Shown piece after piece: positions 47,155 to 56,033 of a stretch of 64,000 nucleotides of DNA; position 1 is the first letter of the stretch; every line of letters begins with the position of its first letter. Below the pieces are notes generated by a model. That model was not told the origin of the DNA. It worked only from the letters and a program-made list of their open reading frames with translations, and made no database searches. The stretch is from Corallococcus coralloides (GTDB lineage: Bacteria > Myxococcota > Myxococcia > Myxococcales > Myxococcaceae). A program made the translations under genes and the position numbers. Location of the stretch: NCBI RefSeq assembly GCF_044792175.1, contig NZ_CP172866.1; one strand, given 5' to 3'.

Positions 47155-49923
47155 ATGGACGAGCAACGCCCCGCCAAGCCCCCGGCCCGGACGGACCCCT
47201 CCATCGACCTGCTCCACCAGCGGACCCGTCAGCCGCTGGAGGTCATCTTCTCCCCCCGCAGCGTCGCGGTGGTGGGGGCGAGCGAGCGGCCCGGCAGCGT
47301 GGGCCGCACCGTCCTCTGGAACCTCATCAGCAGCCCGTTCGGCGGCACCGTCTACCCGGTGAACCCGCAGCGCCCCAACGTGCTCGGCATCAAGGCGTGG
47401 CCCTCCCTGCGCGCGCTGCCGGAGCCGGTGGACCTGGCCGTCATCGTCACCCCCGCGAAGTCCGTGCCGGCCATCATCCGCGAGTGCGCGGAGGTCGGCG
47501 TCAAGGGCGTCATCATCATCTCCGCGGGCTTCAAGGAGACGGGGCCGGAGGGCGCGAAGCTGGAGCAGGAGGTGCTGCACATCGCGCAGGCCGCGAACCT
47601 GCGCATCATCGGGCCCAACTGCCTGGGCGTGATGCGCCCCACCAGCGGCTTCAACGCCACCTTCGCCAAGGGCATGGCCCGCCCCGGCAACGTGGCCTTC
47701 ATCAGCCAGTCCGGCGCGCTGCTCACCTCCATCCTCGACTGGAGCCTGCGCGAGGCCGTGGGCTTCAGCGCCTTCGTCTCCGTGGGCTCCATGCTGGACG
47801 TGGGCTGGGGAGACCTCATCGACTTCCTCGCGGATGATCCGATGACGCGCTCCATCCTGCTGTACATGGAGTCCATCGGCGACGCGCGCGCCTTCCTGTC
47901 CGCCGCGCGCGAGGTGGCCCTCACCAAGCCCATCATCGTCATCAAGGCCGGCCGCACCGCGCAGGCCGCGCAGGCCGCCGCGTCCCACACCGGCACGCTC
48001 GCCGGCAGCGACGAGGTGCTCTCCGCCGCCTTCCGCCGCGCGGGCGTGCTGCGCGTGGACTCCATCGAGGACCTGTTCCACATGGCGGAGGTGCTGGCCC
48101 GCCAGCCCCGTCCCTCCGGCCGCAGGCTCACGCTGCTCACCAACGCGGGCGGCCCCGCGGTGCTCGCCACGGACGCGCTCGTGTCCGGTGGCGGGGAGCT
48201 GGCCGTGCTGTCCGACGACACCCGGAAGCAACTGGACGGCTTCCTGCCGCCGCCGTGGAGCCACGCCAACCCGGTGGACATCCTGGGAGACGCGGACGCG
48301 GAGCGCTACGCGAAGGCGCTGGAGACCACCGGCGCGGACCCCAACAGCGACGGCCTGCTCGTCATCCTCACCCCGCAGGACATGACGGAGCCCACCCAGA
48401 CGGCGGACCGCCTCAAGGGCTACGCGAAGCTGCCCGGCAAGCCCGTGCTCGCCAGTTGGATGGGGGGCTCCGAGGTCGCCGCGGGCGAGCGCATCCTCAA
48501 CGACGCGGGCATCCCGACCTTCGGCTATCCGGACACCGCGGCCCGCGTCTTCAACTACATGTGGCGCTACTCGGACAACATCGCCGGGCTCTATGAGACG
48601 CCCACGCTGGCGGAGGAGCCCACCGGCGGAGGCCGCGACGTCGCCCGCGCCCTGGTGGACGAGGCCCGCGCCTCCGGCCGCACCCTCCTGTCCGAGTACG
48701 AGTCCAAGCGCCTGCTGGCCGCCTACGGCATCCCCACCGTGGAGACGTGGCTCGCCTCGACGGAGGACGAGGCGGTGGAGAAGGCCCGCGCGCTGGGCTT
48801 CCCCGTGGTGCTCAAGCTGCACTCGCTCACGGTGACGCACAAGACGGACGTGGGCGGCGTGCGGCTGGACCTGCGCGACGAGGCCCAGGTGCGGGACGCG
48901 TACCGCGCCATCCGCGACGCGCTCGCGGAGCGGGGCCTCCAGGACGCGCTCCAGGGCGTCACCGTGCAGCCCATGGCGAAGCTGGACGGCTACGAGCTCA
49001 TCCTGGGCAGCAGCCTGGACGCGCAGTTCGGGCCGGTGCTGCTCTTCGGCGCGGGCGGCACGCTGGTGGAGGTGATGCAGGACCGGGCCCTGGGCCTGCC
49101 GCCCCTCACCACCACGCTGGCGCGGCGGATGATGGAGCGCACGCGCATCCACCACGCGCTCAAGGGCGTACGCGGCCGGGCCCCCGTGGACCTGGGCGCG
49201 CTGGAGCGGCTGATGGTGCGCTTCAGCCAACTGGTGGTGGAGCAGCCCCTCATCCGCGAGCTGGACATCAACCCGCTGCTCGTCTCCGGTGAGCGCATCA
49301 TCGCGCTGGACGCGCGCGTGGTGCTGCACCCGCCGGACGTGCAGGCCGCGTCGCTGCCGAAGCTCGCCATCGAACCGTACCCGCACCAGTACGCGAAGGT
49401 GCTCACGCTGAAGAACGGCGAGCAGCTCCTGGTGCGCCCCATCCGCCCGGAGGACGAGCCCGCCATGGGCCGCTTCCACCAGGCACTCTCCGAGCAGACC
49501 GTGTTCATGCGCTACGCGGGCCTGATGAAGCTCAGCCAGCGCGTGGCCCATGAGCGCCTGGCGCGCATCTGCTTCAACGACTACGCGCGGGAAATGGCGC
49601 TCGTCGCGGAGAGGCCGTCCCCGGACGGGAAGGGCGGGGGAGAGATTCTCGCGGTGGGCCGGCTCACGCGCCTGCGCGGCACGAAGGACGCGGAGTTCGC
49701 CATCACCGTCAGCGACACGGCCCAGCGGCTGGGCCTGGGCACGGAGCTCTTGCGGCGGCTGGTGGACATCGGGAAGGACTGGGGCCTGCGCCGCATCGTC
49801 GCGGACATCCTCACGCGCAACCGCGGCATGCAGGCCGTCAGCAAGAAGCTGGGGTTCACGCTCCTGGAGCACGAGGAGCTGGCCCCGGACATGGTCAAGG
49901 CCGTGAAGGTGCTCAACGGCTGA
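47155..49923 (+). CDS. Bifunctional NDP-forming acyl-CoA synthetase (CoA-binding + ATP-grasp) / GNAT acetyltransferase, Pat-like protein lysine acetyltransferase
   Basis: The CoA-binding region reads [24 protein letters not shown] and the CoA-ligase region reads IIGPNCLGV. The ATP-grasp segment has [18 protein letters not shown]. The C-terminal GNAT region has ...[19 protein letters not shown]. Confidence 0.85.
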   Translation: MDEQRPAKPPARTDPSIDLLHQRTRQPLEVIFSPRSVAVVGASERPGSVGRTVLWNLISSPFGGTVYPVNPQRPNVLGIKAWPSLRALPEPVDLAVIVTPAKSVPAIIRECAEVGVKGVIIISAGFKETGPEGAKLEQEVLHIAQAANLRIIGPNCLGVMRPTSGFNATFAKGMARPGNVAFISQSGALLTSILDWSLREAVGFSAFVSVGSMLDVGWGDLIDFLADDPMTRSILLYMESIGDARAFLSAAREVALTKPIIVIKAGRTAQAAQAAASHTGTLAGSDEVLSAAFRRAGVLRVDSIEDLFHMAEVLARQPRPSGRRLTLLTNAGGPAVLATDALVSGGGELAVLSDDTRKQLDGFLPPPWSHANPVDILGDADAERYAKALETTGADPNSDGLLVILTPQDMTEPTQTADRLKGYAKLPGKPVLASWMGGSEVAAGERILNDAGIPTFGYPDTAARVFNYMWRYSDNIAGLYETPTLAEEPTGGGRDVARALVDEARASGRTLLSEYESKRLLAAYGIPTVETWLASTEDEAVEKARALGFPVVLKLHSLTVTHKTDVGGVRLDLRDEAQVRDAYRAIRDALAERGLQDALQGVTVQPMAKLDGYELILGSSLDAQFGPVLLFGAGGTLVEVMQDRALGLPPLTTTLARRMMERTRIHHALKGVRGRAPVDLGALERLMVRFSQLVVEQPLIRELDINPLLVSGERIIALDARVVLHPPDVQAASLPKLAIEPYPHQYAKVLTLKNGEQLLVRPIRPEDEPAMGRFHQALSEQTVFMRYAGLMKLSQRVAHERLARICFNDYAREMALVAERPSPDGKGGGEILAVGRLTRLRGTKDAEFAITVSDTAQRLGLGTELLRRLVDIGKDWGLRRIVADILTRNRGMQAVSKKLGFTLLEHEELAPDMVKAVKVLNG

Positions 49924-49953
49924 CCGTGCCCGGGGCTCCCCGTCACCTGGGCA

Positions 49954-50769
49954 CTACACGTCGTCGCAGGGCGTGCCCAGCCGCGCGCCCGTGTAGACGC
50001 CCAGCTCGTTGTAGATGAAGGGCAGGTTCTCACCCACCGGCACCGCGCGCAGCTTCTGGCGCTTGCTCTTCACCACCCAGAACGACGGCTCCTCGCGGTC
50101 CACCACGAGGCGCAGGTCGCCGCCCTGCGTGGAGAAGATCTCCCCCTGCGAGTCGGTGACGACGTTGAGCATCTTCTGCTGCTTCACCTGGCCGCGCTGG
50201 CCCGTGAAGATGCGGAAGCTCTTGTTGTCCGCGCCGATGCCGCGCTCCACCAGGTAGTAGACGCCCTTGTCGTCGCGCAGCAGCGCGTACGGCTGGAACT
50301 TCACCGGGTTGGGCTGGTAGGCCGCCTTGCGCAGCAGCTCCCGGGCCTGGTCCGCGGGCACCGGCTGCTGCGGCAGGGTCTTCTCCCCGCAGCTCAGCGT
50401 GCACGTCTTCTGGTCCTCGCTGAGCTTCAGGTACGACACGACCCGGTAGTCCATGCCGCGGAAGTTGTCGTTGGCCTTGGGGTTGAAGAAGCGGGGCTCG
50501 AAGAAGCTGCCCTCCGTGGCGTTGGGGTAGCCCACGGGCGCCACCTGCGTGAACGTCTTGCCGTCCCCGTAGTACAGCTCGCCGTCGTGCTCGGGCGTCT
50601 GGGGCAGGAGGACCGTGTAGTGGCCCTTGCCGTCCGCGCAGACCTTCGCGGACTCCAGCACCATGCGCTCGCGCAGCTTCTGCTCCTTGCCCCAGGGGGG
50701 ATCCATCGCGAGCGCGGCTTGCGGGGCCAGGACGAGCCCCAGGGCGATGACCATGCGTCGAAGAGTCAT
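49954..50769 (-). CDS. Secreted hypothetical protein
   Basis: The signal peptide reads MTLRRMVIALGLVLAPQAALA. I recognise no domain. Confidence 0.5.
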   Translation of the reverse strand: MTLRRMVIALGLVLAPQAALAMDPPWGKEQKLRERMVLESAKVCADGKGHYTVLLPQTPEHDGELYYGDGKTFTQVAPVGYPNATEGSFFEPRFFNPKANDNFRGMDYRVVSYLKLSEDQKTCTLSCGEKTLPQQPVPADQARELLRKAAYQPNPVKFQPYALLRDDKGVYYLVERGIGADNKSFRIFTGQRGQVKQQKMLNVVTDSQGEIFSTQGGDLRLVVDREEPSFWVVKSKRQKLRAVPVGENLPFIYNELGVYTGARLGTPCDDV

Positions 50770-50786
50770 GTCAGTGGGCTTTCGTT

Positions 50787-51617
50787 CTAGAGGGTGTCGG
50801 TGAAGAAGGAGGTGGTCGCGTCCGGCTGGACCGTCTCACCGGAGGTCACGGTCCAGATGACCTTCTGGGCCTCCAGCTTCAGCGCGGCCTTCGCGTCCAT
50901 GCGGCACTCCACCGTCTGGAGCTTCTGCTGGATGGTGCGCTTCGCCTCGTCGGAGCGCTCGCACAGCTTCTGGAGCGACTCCAGCGGGCCCGCGCAGTAG
51001 CTGCCGAAGGACATCTCGTTGATCTGCTCGTCCGTGATGGAGTCCCAGGCCACGGTGGACGTCAGCTTGGAGCCGCACGCCTTGTTCGTCGCCTCCAGGG
51101 CCTCCGCCAACTGCGTCTCCGCCTGGCTCGCCCAGAACTTGCGGTCGAACGCGAGCAGGGCCTGGTACTTCTTGTCGCCTTCCAGGTCCTGGTAGCGCTC
51201 GAAGACCTTCTCCACCTTCAGCGCGCCCGTCTTGCCCGTGTCCGGCTTCAGGTGCGTGTAGCCCGTGTGGTTCACGCCGCTGAACACGAGGTCCTCGTAG
51301 CCGCCCCGGTCATACACGGAGACGAAGCGCTGCTTGCGGCCGCGCCACAGCGTCCAGTACTCCATGGCGCGGCTGTCCCGGCCCACGGAGGCGACCAGCA
51401 CCTGGCCGTCCAGCTCGCTCTTCGTGCCGTCGAAGGCGACCAGCGCCTTCTTCGCGTCACCGGGCTCCAGCGCGATGAGGGTGATCTTCTCGCCGGCCTC
51501 GTTGGAATACACCTTGCCGGTGGCGGGCTTCGTCCCCGCCACCTCGCTGTCGGGCCGCACACCCCGGGTACACCCCAGGGACAGCGCCACGACCCCCACT
51601 GCCAGTAGCACTCTCAC
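50787..51617 (-). CDS. Hypothetical lipoprotein
   Basis: The protein has the lipobox LSLGCT. It lies 17 nt upstream of the previous gene on the same strand. Confidence 0.5.
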   Translation of the reverse strand: MRVLLAVGVVALSLGCTRGVRPDSEVAGTKPATGKVYSNEAGEKITLIALEPGDAKKALVAFDGTKSELDGQVLVASVGRDSRAMEYWTLWRGRKQRFVSVYDRGGYEDLVFSGVNHTGYTHLKPDTGKTGALKVEKVFERYQDLEGDKKYQALLAFDRKFWASQAETQLAEALEATNKACGSKLTSTVAWDSITDEQINEMSFGSYCAGPLESLQKLCERSDEAKRTIQQKLQTVECRMDAKAALKLEAQKVIWTVTSGETVQPDATTSFFTDTL

Positions 51618-51677
51618 GACGACTCCTTGGATTGCGGGCGCGCCCCCGCTCTGGAGCTTCCGCGCGCCCGGACGACC

Positions 51678-53318
51678 CTACAGGTCGATATCGTACTGCG
51701 AACAGTATTGTCGGACCCTTGGACGTTCCGTTGCCGGGACGCGGGTCCATTGCGCCCGCGCGTTCGCCAGGTCGTGCTGCTGGCAGTACACGCGCGTGAG
51801 CAGCGAGAACGACAGGCCGGTGATCTTCGTGCGCTGGCTGCGCCGGATGTGACGCAGCGCTTCCGACGTGTTGGACGCGTCCAGCGCCTTCTGCGCCGCC
51901 GCCAGGTCCTCGCGCACGCTGTCCGGCATGGACTCCGGGGTGCCGCGCGGCTTCGGCCTGGCCGTCACCGTGGGCGGATCCGCCGTGGGCTGCCGGGGCT
52001 CCTCCGGCTCCGTCGGCTGTGGCTGCTGGGGCTCCGGGTCCACGGGCGGCTGCGGATCCACCGGCTGCGCCACGACCACGGCGGGCGGCGGGGTGACGGG
52101 CGCCGCGGGCCGGGCTTGCGGCGGGACCGGCGGATTCGCCACGACGGCGGCGGGCGGCGCCACATCCGGGCGCTTCCAGAAGAAGGCGACGGCGAACGCG
52201 ATGATGACCGCCAGCCCCACGGCCACGGCCACCGGCCACTTCGGACGGGCGTGGGCCAGCGGCTGCGCGGGCAGGGACGCCGTCTCGGGCCCGGAAGGGG
52301 CGTGGGGGCGCATGCCCACCGTGGGGATGTGCTCCTCGCGGTCCGGCGGACGCGGCGCGGACGGCGGGGCCGTGGGAGGGGTGGGGCGCGAGCGCTGCTC
52401 CGGCTTCGCCTCCGCGAGCGTCTGGAGCGGGCTGCCCGTCAGCTCCAGGATGAACGCGCCGACGTCCGGGTAGCGGTCCTCCGGCTTCTTCGCCATCGCG
52501 CGGGAGATGGCCGCCACCACGTGCGGCGGCGTCTGGGGCGCCAGCGTCAGGAGCGGCGGGGGCTCCAGGTGGACGATCTGGTAGATGAGCTCCGCGACGT
52601 TCTCGCCGGAGTAGGGCGGCCGGCCCGCGAGCATCTCGTAGACGATGCAGCCGAACGCGAAGAGGTCCGTGCGCGCGTCCACGTTGCTGTTGTGGCCCAT
52701 GGCCTGCTCCGGGGCCATGTACTGCGGCGTGCCCATCAGCACGGAGTCCAGCGTCTGCACCGTGCGCGAGTCCACGAGCTTGGAGATGCCGAAGTCGAGC
52801 AGCTTCACGCGCTCGCCCACGACGCCGCCCGCCTCCGTGGGCACGAGGAACACGTTGCCCGGCTTCAGGTCGCGGTGCACCACGCCCGCGCGGTGCGCCG
52901 CCTGCAACGCCGCGCCCATCTGCCGCGTGATGGAGAAGACCTCCTCCAGCGGCAACTGCTTCTGCTTGCGCAGCCGGCGCGACAGGCCCTCGCCGCGCAG
53001 GTACTCCATCACCATGAAGGGCGTGCCGTCCTCCAGGGTGTCGAAGTCCAGCACCTCCACGATGTTCGGGTGCCCCAGCCGCGAGGCGATCTCCGCCTCA
53101 CGCCGGAAGCGCACCGCCACCTCTTCCGACAGCGCCTCCGCGCCGTGCAGCACCTTGATGGCGACCTGCTTGCCCGGCAGGCGCAGGTGGCGCGCGAGGA
53201 ACACCGCGCCCATCCCTCCCTTGCCCAGCACGGTGCCAATCTCATACGTGGAGCGCAGGATCCGTCCCGTCGTCAACGGCTCGCTCTGCGCGGAGGTCGG
53301 TTCGGTTGGCTTTTGCAT
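51678..53318 (-). CDS. Ser/Thr protein kinase with Pro-rich linker, one TM helix and extracytoplasmic C-terminal domain
   Basis: The kinase domain has GKGGMGAVFLA...AIKVL (subdomains I-II), HRDLKPGN (VIb) and DFGISK (VII). The TM helix reads WPVAVAVGLAVIIAFAVAFFW. Confidence 0.9.
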   Translation of the reverse strand: MQKPTEPTSAQSEPLTTGRILRSTYEIGTVLGKGGMGAVFLARHLRLPGKQVAIKVLHGAEALSEEVAVRFRREAEIASRLGHPNIVEVLDFDTLEDGTPFMVMEYLRGEGLSRRLRKQKQLPLEEVFSITRQMGAALQAAHRAGVVHRDLKPGNVFLVPTEAGGVVGERVKLLDFGISKLVDSRTVQTLDSVLMGTPQYMAPEQAMGHNSNVDARTDLFAFGCIVYEMLAGRPPYSGENVAELIYQIVHLEPPPLLTLAPQTPPHVVAAISRAMAKKPEDRYPDVGAFILELTGSPLQTLAEAKPEQRSRPTPPTAPPSAPRPPDREEHIPTVGMRPHAPSGPETASLPAQPLAHARPKWPVAVAVGLAVIIAFAVAFFWKRPDVAPPAAVVANPPVPPQARPAAPVTPPPAVVVAQPVDPQPPVDPEPQQPQPTEPEEPRQPTADPPTVTARPKPRGTPESMPDSVREDLAAAQKALDASNTSEALRHIRRSQRTKITGLSFSLLTRVYCQQHDLANARAQWTRVPATERPRVRQYCSQYDIDL

Positions 53319-53480
53319 CGGCGGTCCAAATTCCTACTAAACCGGGCCGACACGATTGGAAAGCACCTGGGTCGAATCCTCCCCCACGGGTCGTCTGCGC
53401 AGGCTCGGGCTCTCAGGTTCTGAGAGCCCGAGCTGTATTTTTATCCAGAGACCGAAAAAGCGCTCCGGACGGTGCGCGGG

Positions 53481-54116
53481 CTACGGCGTGGTGGGCGGCA
53501 GCACGATGTTCGACTGGATGTCGCTCGCGGAGTTGATGTGCATCTGCACGGCCTGCCGCTCGGCGGTCGCCTCCTGCGCCAGGGCGGTGTTCTTGATCTG
53601 CGGCGACAGCAGGCTGTCCGCGAGGAAGGCGACGCGCGCGTGCGCGTTGAGCTGCGCGCTGATCAGCGCCAGGTCGAGCCCGGTGCCGACGGGCGGAGCC
53701 TCCGGACTGGAGAGGATCCGCATCATCTCCTGGACCTCCGCCTGCAACTGGAGGCTCAGCGCGCTGTCCTCGGGCGTGATGCCCTGGGCCGCGATCAGCG
53801 CGTCCAGGCGCTGCTTCACCGCGGTGTGCTCCGTCACCATCTGGTTGTTGAAGTCGCGCACGGCCTGCTCGGTGGCGAGCGGCGCGGCGTACTGGCCCAG
53901 CATCACCTCGCCCTCGTTGGCCACCTGCAGGATGCGGGCGATCTGCGCGTCGTTGAGCGTCAGCACCACGCCCGCGTCGGTGCCCGAGTCCGGGGCCTGC
54001 TGCTGTGGCGCGTCCTGCGGCGTCGGCTCCTTCACTTCGCTCCCACACCCGTAGCCCAGCGCCAGCGCCCCCGCCAGCAGCGTCCCCATCCAGAATTTCG
54101 CTGTCCGCATGTCCAA
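53481..54116 (-). CDS. DUF4142-like lipoprotein
   Basis: The protein has a signal peptide with lipobox LGYGC, and its remaining region is DUF4142-like (LNDAQIARILQVANEGEVMLGQ). Confidence 0.55.
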   Translation of the reverse strand: MDMRTAKFWMGTLLAGALALGYGCGSEVKEPTPQDAPQQQAPDSGTDAGVVLTLNDAQIARILQVANEGEVMLGQYAAPLATEQAVRDFNNQMVTEHTAVKQRLDALIAAQGITPEDSALSLQLQAEVQEMMRILSSPEAPPVGTGLDLALISAQLNAHARVAFLADSLLSPQIKNTALAQEATAERQAVQMHINSASDIQSNIVLPPTTP

Positions 54117-54342
54117 ACCCCCGTGAATGTCGCGGGGGCAGGATGGGGAGGCCCTCCAGCCATGGCCATGCGCGCTTCAGCCGTTGCCACTGTGCCCGTG
54201 AGCACGGACCGGGCAGGCAGGCCGTCAGGCGCGACCCGCCGGCCAGACCCACCAGGATGTTTCACGGGCATGTTTCAGCCCGCGTCATGACGGAGGAGGT
54301 TGGATCCAGAGCGGCGAGCAGGCAGTTCTCAGACATTGGAAA

Positions 54343-55485
54343 ATGCGTCGCACGTCGCGCAACGTTGACAGTGAAACACCGGATGGTGTCTCGTGTTTCC
54401 AGATGGACGGTTCACGGCGCGTCACTGTTCTCTCCTTGCACCGGGGTTCCGCGAGCATCGTCCGCGCCCTGGTGCCCCACTTCGATCTGCCGCCGGCGGA
54501 GCTCGCCGCGAGGCTGTTCCGCGCCCCCGCGGTGCTGGCGTCGGGCCTGCCGGAGGACCTCGCCCGGGGCCTGTCGGAGGTGCTGGGCAACGCGGGCCTG
54601 CGCGTGGTCGTGGAGCCGGATGACGCGCCCCTTCCTCCTCCCGCCGGGCAGACCTACGACGTGGCGCTGTACGTGCGTGACGGCGGGCGCTTCCGCGAGG
54701 TCTGCGCGGAGCTGGCGGCCGTCCTGGGCTGTCCCCTGGCGGACGCCGCCTCGGCGCTCTGCGCCACGCCGCCCACGGTGGTCGGCTCCGTGTCCCAGGC
54801 CACGGTGGACGCGCTCCGGGAGCGCTTCGCCGCGCTGGGCGCGGAGGTGGACGCGAGCCATCCGCCCACCGCCCGCTATGACGTCTTCGCCACGGAAACG
54901 GTCAGCCTCGCGATGGTCCGCTCGGTGCTGGAGGCGCAGGGCGTGACTCCGGGCGAGCCGCCGCTGGTGGCCCGGGACCTCTCGCACGAGCAGGCGGAGC
55001 GCGTGTGGCGGGAGCTGGGAGCGCGGGGTGGGGTGCGGTTGTTGGATCACGCCTTCCAGCGCTTCGACGTCAGCCTCCTGGAGGCCCCCGCCGACGCCGG
55101 CTTCCCGGAGCTGCTGGTGCGGGAGACGGGCATGCCCCCGGCGCTGGTGCCGAAGGTGCTCAAGCGGCTGCCGGTGGTGCTGCACACGGGGCTGTCGCGC
55201 GTGGACGTGGTGGCGCGCACCGCGCCCCTGGAGGCCGCGGGCGCGAAGCTGGCCGTGCAGCTCATCAACTTCCGCAGCTTCCGCCTGACGGTGGAGGACT
55301 CGAAGGACCCCGCCGTGGCCGCGGAGCTGCTGTCTTCGGGGCTGGGGCTGCAAGCCAACGAGGCGCGCACCGCGCTCTCCCGGCTGCCGCATACCTTCCA
55401 GGCCACGGTGGGGGACACGCGCGCGCGCTGGCTCGTCGCGGAGCTGCGCGCGCGGGGCACGCGGACGTCGCTGGTGTCCCAGTGA
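54343..55485 (+). CDS. Protein composed of about five tandem ribosomal L7/L12 C-terminal-domain-like repeats
   Basis: Each roughly 70-aa unit aligns to the L7/L12 CTD segment [30 protein letters not shown]. Examples are APAVLASGLPEDLARGLSEVLGNAGLRVVVE, TPPTVVGSVSQATVDALRERFAALGAEVDA and MPPALVPKVLKRLPVVLHTGLSRVDVVARTAPLEAAGAKLAVQL. The start is uncertain (ATG 54343 or 54403). Confidence 0.55.
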   Translation: MRRTSRNVDSETPDGVSCFQMDGSRRVTVLSLHRGSASIVRALVPHFDLPPAELAARLFRAPAVLASGLPEDLARGLSEVLGNAGLRVVVEPDDAPLPPPAGQTYDVALYVRDGGRFREVCAELAAVLGCPLADAASALCATPPTVVGSVSQATVDALRERFAALGAEVDASHPPTARYDVFATETVSLAMVRSVLEAQGVTPGEPPLVARDLSHEQAERVWRELGARGGVRLLDHAFQRFDVSLLEAPADAGFPELLVRETGMPPALVPKVLKRLPVVLHTGLSRVDVVARTAPLEAAGAKLAVQLINFRSFRLTVEDSKDPAVAAELLSSGLGLQANEARTALSRLPHTFQATVGDTRARWLVAELRARGTRTSLVSQ

Positions 55486-56030
55486 GCTCGCTCGCGCTGC
55501 ACTTCCGCGTGGCGGAGCAGGGCAAGGTGTTCGCGCTGGCCGGCCGGCATGACGAGGCGCTGCGCCACTACCGGGAGGCGCTGCGGCTGGCCGCGCTCCA
55601 GGGCGGCTCCGACGTCTGCCAGCGCCACTATGCGTGGTGCGTGCTCGAGTCGCTGGAGCGCTCGGGGGCCCACGAGGCCGTCATCTCCTTCTGCCTGCGC
55701 GTGGAGGCCCACTACCAGCAGCAGCCTCCCACGAGCGACCTGGCCCGTCAGGACCTGGCCGCGCACCACGAGCGGCACGGCCTGGCGCTGGCGAAGCTGG
55801 GGCGCCTGGCCGAGGCGCGCACGCGGCTGGAGTCCGCGGTGGCGCTGGCCGGCGCCGGGCGGCTCCCGCTGTCGGAGCGGGTGCTGGGCTGGGCGCGCAC
55901 CGGACTGCACGTGGACGCGCGCCGCATCACGCTGGAGCAGGACCGTCACGCCTACTGGGTCGTCCGTCCCGACACCGTTCGTCCCGACATCGCCGTCGCA
56001 CTTCCTCCCGTCGCCGCACCCTTGGGGTAG
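55482..56030 (+). CDS. TPR-like helical protein
   Basis: The GTG start overlaps the upstream stop (GTGA). The protein has ALAGRHDEALRHYREALRLAALQG, a TPR-like motif. Confidence 0.5.
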   Translation: MSSLALHFRVAEQGKVFALAGRHDEALRHYREALRLAALQGGSDVCQRHYAWCVLESLERSGAHEAVISFCLRVEAHYQQQPPTSDLARQDLAAHHERHGLALAKLGRLAEARTRLESAVALAGAGRLPLSERVLGWARTGLHVDARRITLEQDRHAYWVVRPDTVRPDIAVALPPVAAPLG

Positions 56031-56033
56031 ACC

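Noticed and set aside
46981-49872. 963-aa minus-strand ORF
   Set aside because: It is antisense to the Pat-like gene. It is R/H/G/A/V-rich.
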